Assembly (NCBI GenBank): GCA_964546165.1
Contig: CAZJIV010000003.1
Span: forward strand, 1-37,049
Source: Candidatus Woesearchaeota archaeon
GTDB lineage: Archaea; Nanobdellota; Nanobdellia; Pacearchaeales; GW2011-AR1
Direction of reading: 5' to 3'
Length of the DNA stretch: 37,049 nucleotides
The notes below the pieces were generated by a model. It was not told the DNA's origin and made no database searches. It saw only the letters and a list, made by a program, of their open reading frames with translations. Position 1 is the stretch's first letter. Every line of letters begins with the position of its first letter. Of this stretch, positions 32,190 to 37,049 are shown one piece after another. Made by a program: the position numbers and the translations under genes.

Positions 32190-32774
32190 ATGATAGGTGG
32201 TGTTTTGGCTTGGAGCGTTTTTGCATCTGATGCAGGGGCCGGAAGTTTTTTGAACAATTTACAGCAGGCGGGGTTTTTCAGTTATGTAATTCCTTTTCTC
32301 TTGATTTTCGCACTTGTCTTTGGAATTCTCAACAGAATGGGAATGTTCAAGGAGAATAAGGCTGTCAGCGCAATAATTGCTTTATCTGTTGGTTTAATGG
32401 CTTTGCAGTTTGACCTTGTTCCAAAATTCTTTGCAGATATTTTTCCCGTATTTGGAATTGCATTGTCGGTTATACTTGTAATTATAATTCTGTTAGGACT
32501 TTTTATAGACCCAAAAAAGCCGGGTTTAATGTACACCCTGTTTGGGATCGCTGCAGTTATAGCATTGATTGTTATAGGACAGAGTATATCATCACTGGGT
32601 GTGCCAATAGGGCAATGGATAAGTGCTAACTGGGGAAGTTCGCTTGTTACAATCTTTATTGTGGGAGCAGTAATTGTGGGAATAGCAGTAATTGTCGGAA
32701 AGAGAAATCCAAACCAAAACAAGAAGTTTGAAGCTTATGGATTTATGCCTGTAGATAAAGCTTGGAGTCAATAA
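32190..32774 (+). CDS. integral membrane protein, paralog 2
   Basis: FFSYVIPFLLIFALVFGILNRMGMFKENKAVSAIIALSVGLMAL aligns with paralog 1. Multiple hydrophobic helices. Confidence 0.75.
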   Translation: MIGGVLAWSVFASDAGAGSFLNNLQQAGFFSYVIPFLLIFALVFGILNRMGMFKENKAVSAIIALSVGLMALQFDLVPKFFADIFPVFGIALSVILVIIILLGLFIDPKKPGLMYTLFGIAAVIALIVIGQSISSLGVPIGQWISANWGSSLVTIFIVGAVIVGIAVIVGKRNPNQNKKFEAYGFMPVDKAWSQ

Positions 32775-32783
32775 TTTTTGTAA

Positions 32784-33581
32784 TTATTTTTTAGAAGTTG
32801 TTTTTCTGGTTCTTTTGGGTTTTTCAGGGGTTGCTGTGGGGCTACTTGGTTTTGAAGATGCCTTGCCAATTAGAGGGTCAAGGGATTTTGTAAAAGTGTC
32901 CTGCATCATTGACATCTCCTTCTTTATGCTGTCAAGATTTTTTCCATAGGAGCTTACCTTCTCAAGGATTGCCATCTGGAGCTTGTCGATTATTGCCTCC
33001 ATTCTTTTCACCTTTTCGTTTACGCTGTTAAGTTTTGTTTGTGTAAGTGTTTTGAATTCTTCAAGAGAATCAACTCTTTTGGCTGTTTCTGAGATTTTTT
33101 CATCAAATACCTGTTCTGATACCTCTACGACAGTATCTGAACTTGTTTGCGGTCCTCCACCATATTGGTCATAACCGCTACTGTAATTTCCTTGTGAATA
33201 ATCCTGCTGAGGGTAATATTCTTGGCCTCCTGCTGGAGCTGCATATTGTTGATTTTGGGAATAATCCTGAGGTGCGTAGTTGTTGTAGTCTTGTCCCTGT
33301 CCGTAATCCTGATAATTTTGCTGTCCATAAGAACTTTGGTCCTGCCCTGCTTCCTGGGAATACTGTTGTTCCTGATTTCCTGTAGGAGAGGGTGCCGGTG
33401 CTGCAGTCCCATAGGGGTTATCATTTCCCTGAACGTCTCCCACTGCACTTTTTATGTGGGAGTGATTTAATGCATCACTTATTTCTCTTGGTGATATTCC
33501 CTGCTTTCTCAAATCGGAGATTATCTGTTCATCAGACCTGCCTTCCTTTTTGAGTTGTGTTACCTGTTCTAAAACTCCCAT
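32784..33581 (-). CDS. hypothetical protein: small N-terminal helical domain, Q/Y/G-rich low-complexity region, C-terminal coiled coil
   Basis: N-terminus is LEQVTQLKKEGRSDEQIISDLRKQGISPREISDALN. Residues ~50-147 are QDY/GQ/SY-rich. The C-terminal part is heptad-like (LEEFKTLTQTKLNSVNEKVKRMEAIIDKLQMAILEK). Lys-rich tail. Confidence 0.8.
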   Translation of the reverse strand: MGVLEQVTQLKKEGRSDEQIISDLRKQGISPREISDALNHSHIKSAVGDVQGNDNPYGTAAPAPSPTGNQEQQYSQEAGQDQSSYGQQNYQDYGQGQDYNNYAPQDYSQNQQYAAPAGGQEYYPQQDYSQGNYSSGYDQYGGGPQTSSDTVVEVSEQVFDEKISETAKRVDSLEEFKTLTQTKLNSVNEKVKRMEAIIDKLQMAILEKVSSYGKNLDSIKKEMSMMQDTFTKSLDPLIGKASSKPSSPTATPEKPKRTRKTTSKK

Positions 33582-33582
33582 A

Positions 33583-33909
33583 TTATCTCTTTTTTATGAA
33601 GGGTTGAAACATTTTTATTTGCTTTTCAAGAATTTCTACATCACTTTTTCTTGCTAATCCTGAGAATTCATCTGAAACCGAACTTACAAAGGAGGCAAGC
33701 CTTTCCATGGTTCCTTTTAAGATTTCAAGGTCTTTTCTTATTTCAAGAAGCTCTTTGTTGTTCTTTTCTCTTATTTCAATTAAGTTTTTGCCCAGAAGGA
33801 GCATCTGGTTTTTGAGAATTCTCTGTTTATCTTCCAAATCACGCAGTTTCATTGCAGGGTCTGTCGAGTACCCCGGAGAAGCCTGATAATTTGGTTGCTC
33901 ACCTGCCAT
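33583..33909 (-). CDS. small coiled-coil protein (108 aa)
   Basis: Heptad-rich sequence (LRDLEDKQRILKNQMLLLGKNLIEIREKNNKELLEIRKDLEILKGTMERL). Its stop lies 1 nt before the ATG of the next gene, so the two are probably co-transcribed. Confidence 0.7.
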   Translation of the reverse strand: MAGEQPNYQASPGYSTDPAMKLRDLEDKQRILKNQMLLLGKNLIEIREKNNKELLEIRKDLEILKGTMERLASFVSSVSDEFSGLARKSDVEILEKQIKMFQPFIKKR

Positions 33910-34027
33910 GTTAGGAAAACGTTTAAGGAGTTTAAATTTGTTTTGTTTAAGCTTTTAAAGATGTTCCCGAAGGCACACAAAAAATTTTAAACTCGCTTTT
34001 GCTCGTATAAAATAGAGAAAGAGGACA

Positions 34028-36316
34028 ATGCAATTCAAGGAAAATTCTCCAATTTATGCCCATGAAACTGAGAGGGAAGGGGGTGAAGATGTACTTTACA
34101 TCAATTTTCTAGGTGCGCCTTTTGTGCCGAGTGTTGCTGATTCTCCTGAGGTTATGGAGAGAACAATTGATTCTTTGATGGAAAATCCAAATGTTTCCAG
34201 AATTGTTTTTGTACAGCAGAAAAATTACAATTATGATTTCAAGGAAACTTCAATGCTTCTTGAGATTTCACAACTTTACCTTTACCTTATGAAACAGGAA
34301 AGGGTGCTTTCAAAAGACAAATTGGTAAGTGGCTATGACCGTGCCTTTACACAAAGATACAATGAAATTTTTGCATTTCTTTATTCTCTCAAGAGAGACC
34401 CTGTAGGCGCTTATTTTGATTTGAGAAAATATATAATAGAAGCAAAGATTGCTTTTGATAAACTTGATGAATCTCTCAGACCAGATCAGTCCAATTATAT
34501 AAGGCTTCTCGAGAAGATATTTAACCTTCTACAGAACACGAAAGTTATTCAGGGTGTTATCAATGAATTTTCCGATTATCAAAGAGGAGACCGGGAAATT
34601 TATCATCTTCTGTTTGAACCAGATGTAATTCCTAATTTTACCTTTACGAGGCTTGTCTCGGAGCTTCCACCAGATGTTGAGATAATTGACCAGTATAAAA
34701 TATCAAGCGAATATTATGATGAATCTGTTGTCACAATTTTGAAAAGAAAGAATGAATCAAAGTTTCTTTATCATTTACTGCCTCCTGAGAACTCTCTTGA
34801 TGAAGACCATAATCAACTTTTGAATCTTGCAAGGAATGTTCTCATTGAGCACCAACCAAAAGCGGAGGAATTTACAGACACTGCAAGGACAAGACAGGTC
34901 TTTTTCAATATCGCAAAAGACTTGCTTCAGGATTTGGCCCAGAGTCAGGGAATTTCACTGAGCTATGCAAATATAAACAAACTTGCAAAGATTCTTGTAA
35001 GACACACAATTGGGTTTGGGCTTATTGAAGTTTTGCTTCAGGACAAAAAAATTCAGGATATTGCTCTGAATGCTCCGATTTCGATGACTAATATTTTTTT
35101 AAGGCACCAGGATTATGATGAGTGCTACACAAATATTCTCCCAAGCCAAGAGGATGTTGATTCTTGGGCTGCAAAATTCAGAATGATTTCCGGGAGGCCC
35201 TTGGATGAGGCAAATCCTGTTCTTGATACTCAGCTTGAGATTGACAAGATGAGGGCAAGAATTGCAATTATCCAGCAGCCGCTTTCTCCGGAAGGACTTG
35301 CATATTCCATAAGACGTCACAGGGAAGAGCCCTGGACATTTCCTCTTTTCATAAAGAACAGAATGCTTAATCCTATTGCAGCGGGACTTATGAGTTTTCT
35401 TGTTGATGGTGGGAGAACTATCCTTGTTGCAGGAACAAGAAGCTCTGGTAAAACTTCTCTGCTTGGCAGTATAATGCTGGAGATTTTGCCCACTGTAAGA
35501 ATAATTCTTGTTGAAGACTCACTTGAATTGCCAATTGAATCTTTTAGGAAAATGAACTATGACATTCTGAGAATGAAAGTTCGTTCTGCGCTTTCGAAAA
35601 CCACAAATGAAATTTCTGCAGATGATGGTATCAGAACAAGTTTGAGGCTTGGAGATTCAAGTTTGATAATCGGTGAAGTAAGAAGTGTTGAGGCAAAGGC
35701 ACTTTATGAAGCAATGAGGGTTGGTGCTCTTGCAAACACTGTTGCAGGAACCATTCACGGTGCTTCGCCTTATGCTGTTTTTGACAGAGTTGTTAATGAC
35801 CTTGAAGTTCCGGCTACAAGCTTCAAGGCAACAGATGTTATAATTGTTGCAAATCCCATAAAATCTCCTGATGGGTTGCACGCATGGAAAAGGCTTTTGC
35901 AGGTTTCTGAGGTCAGGAAGCACTGGAAGAACGACCCTCTTGAGGAAGCGGGTTTTGGAGATTTGCTGAAGTACAATGTTGAAAAAGATGAGGTTGAGCC
36001 AACGGATGATTTAATTAACGGAGACAGTGAGGTCATAAAGGATGTCGCTTCAAATGTAAAAGGGTGGGCAGGAAACTGGGATGCTGTTTATGATAACATA
36101 CTTCTTAGAGCGAAAGTGAAAGAAGAGATTCTCAAAATTGCTGAAAAGACGAAAAGGCCCGAGATTTTGGAAGCTGAGTTTAATGTTCTTTCAAATCAGA
36201 TTTTTCATAAAATCTCTGATGATGTCAGGGAAGAAATAGGATTGCCAATGTCTGAGAGGGTTTTTCCTGCATGGCAGAAATGGCTTAATGAAGAAGTAAA
36301 GAAAAAGAGAATTTGA
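34028..36316 (+). CDS. type II/IV secretion-system ATPase (FlaI/ArlI-GspE-VirB11 superfamily) with a long N-terminal extension
   Basis: Walker A is AGTRSSGKTS (about 35431-35457). Asp box is ILVEDSLEL, Walker B is SLIIGEVR and His box is AGTIHG. About 450 aa precede the Walker A motif. Confidence 0.88.
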   Translation: MQFKENSPIYAHETEREGGEDVLYINFLGAPFVPSVADSPEVMERTIDSLMENPNVSRIVFVQQKNYNYDFKETSMLLEISQLYLYLMKQERVLSKDKLVSGYDRAFTQRYNEIFAFLYSLKRDPVGAYFDLRKYIIEAKIAFDKLDESLRPDQSNYIRLLEKIFNLLQNTKVIQGVINEFSDYQRGDREIYHLLFEPDVIPNFTFTRLVSELPPDVEIIDQYKISSEYYDESVVTILKRKNESKFLYHLLPPENSLDEDHNQLLNLARNVLIEHQPKAEEFTDTARTRQVFFNIAKDLLQDLAQSQGISLSYANINKLAKILVRHTIGFGLIEVLLQDKKIQDIALNAPISMTNIFLRHQDYDECYTNILPSQEDVDSWAAKFRMISGRPLDEANPVLDTQLEIDKMRARIAIIQQPLSPEGLAYSIRRHREEPWTFPLFIKNRMLNPIAAGLMSFLVDGGRTILVAGTRSSGKTSLLGSIMLEILPTVRIILVEDSLELPIESFRKMNYDILRMKVRSALSKTTNEISADDGIRTSLRLGDSSLIIGEVRSVEAKALYEAMRVGALANTVAGTIHGASPYAVFDRVVNDLEVPATSFKATDVIIVANPIKSPDGLHAWKRLLQVSEVRKHWKNDPLEEAGFGDLLKYNVEKDEVEPTDDLINGDSEVIKDVASNVKGWAGNWDAVYDNILLRAKVKEEILKIAEKTKRPEILEAEFNVLSNQIFHKISDDVREEIGLPMSERVFPAWQKWLNEEVKKKRI

Positions 36317-36355
36317 CAAATTTTATAAAACAGGATATATTAGAAAGATTGTAAA

Positions 36356-36802
36356 ATGGTGACAAAAAAGAAAGAAGTGAAACCTCTTTATGTTGAGCGT
36401 TTTAATGAAGCTAACAGGGAAGTTAGAAAGGGCAATAGGGCGAGCAATGTTGGTGAAAGGGAGGCTCATTTTGCGGAGGGGTATCAACTTTACAGAAGTG
36501 CATATAAATTGGCTCCAAAGGGAGAAAAAGCAAGGATTCTTGAAAAGATGAGAGAGTTGGGAGCACCTCCTGACATTTACAAAGAACGACACGATTTGGG
36601 CTACACTGTTGCGACCACGTGGGGGATTTTCGCGATTTCTGCGCTTGTTTTATCACTTGTTTCAATATCATTTAATCTTACAGGCTTTGCAGTTTCAAAT
36701 CCAAATTCGACAAACAATCCATGGGGTTGGCTGAGTATTGGCTTGTTTATTCTTGGGCTTGCATTTACTTTGTTCCACTTTAGATTTAAGAGGAAAAAGT
36801 AA
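36356..36802 (+). CDS. small membrane protein (two C-terminal hydrophobic helices)
   Basis: The TATA-like TTTTATAAAA at 36321-36330 lies ~26 nt before the ATG (leaderless-like). A basic soluble N-terminal half is followed by WGIFAISALVLSLVSISF and WLSIGLFILGLAFTLF. Confidence 0.65.
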   Translation: MVTKKKEVKPLYVERFNEANREVRKGNRASNVGEREAHFAEGYQLYRSAYKLAPKGEKARILEKMRELGAPPDIYKERHDLGYTVATTWGIFAISALVLSLVSISFNLTGFAVSNPNSTNNPWGWLSIGLFILGLAFTLFHFRFKRKK

Positions 36803-36853
36803 AATTTTATTAATGAATTCTCCTTTTCTGAGAATATAAAAGAGGATTGACAT

Positions 36854-37049
36854 ATGCCACCATACCAGAGGCCTCCGCCTGCAAGACCTGATATTAATGA
36901 TATTCTGAAAAAGTACGGAAGGAAAATAGAGAGTCAGATAAATACAGATACAAGCGGGGGTTCAAACAACAGCAGTTACAGTCAATCTTATGCGACTTTC
37001 AAGGAAGAGATGGCTCCTGCATGGAGCAAGTATGAAAGATGGTGCCACA
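36854..37049 (+). CDS. 5' end of a CDS running off the window (65 codons, unidentified)
   Basis: From the ATG at 36854 the frame is open to the window end (MPPYQRPPPARPDINDILKKYGRKIESQINTDTSGG...APAWSKYERWCH). Its position after a secretion ATPase suggests, but does not show, a membrane platform protein. Confidence 0.4.
   Translation, partial: MPPYQRPPPARPDINDILKKYGRKIESQINTDTSGGSNNSSYSQSYATFKEEMAPAWSKYERWCH

Noticed and set aside
33125-33470. Three ORFs (one - strand, two + strand) overlapping the Q/Y/G-rich region
   Set aside because: They are frame artefacts of the repetitive CAG/TAT/GGN-type low-complexity DNA. The 265-aa frame has flanking structured domains and a proper operon context.

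Overview
This is an AT-rich, very gene-dense archaeal window. The archaeal assignment rests on an archaeal/eukaryal-type TyrRS, a DRG-type GTPase with a TGS domain, Hef/XPF parts and a FlaI/GspE-family ATPase. It also rests on TTTATAAA TATA boxes about 25-50 nt upstream of ATGs and on GGAGGTG Shine-Dalgarno sites. The compaction (0-4 nt spacers, overlapping start/stop codons) and the many sequon-rich secreted proteins fit a small-genome DPANN-like archaeon, but that is inference. No rRNA, tRNA, CRISPR array or transposase was seen. About 36% of the window is one 13.2-kb gene (2411-15649) for a 4,412-aa surface protein. That protein contains two glycine-rich domains, a DUF2341/LamG-like lectin module, a 2 x 1,185-nt tandem duplication, FN3, an Ig-like module array and a CARDB-like domain. 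The main lead is the locus 2147-18513. It starts with a perfect 25-bp palindrome abutting a TATA box and a 56-aa ribbon-helix-helix ORF missing from the ORF track, whose stop overlaps the giant gene's ATG. The giant protein has no C-terminal anchor. Its last ~190 aa are clearly homologous to two stand-alone secreted paralogs encoded immediately downstream (15841-16638, 16704-17480). A third protein with an N-terminal hydrophobic segment follows (17485-18513). I read this as a candidate, apparently uncharacterised surface fibre/adhesin module (tip adhesin plus subunit-like proteins plus regulator); the function is inference only. The remainder is mostly housekeeping: TyrRS, GTPase, M16 peptidase, arginase-family enzyme, LigT and IMPDH. 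Secondary oddities are a strikingly eukaryote-like TyrRS with a His-less HIGH motif, an ArmA/Rmt (FmrO)-like rRNA methyltransferase, and a Hef helicase and nuclease split into two genes flanking guaB. Others are an M50-like membrane protein lacking HExxH, a Q/Y/G-rich prion-like protein, and a long secretion-ATPase cluster.
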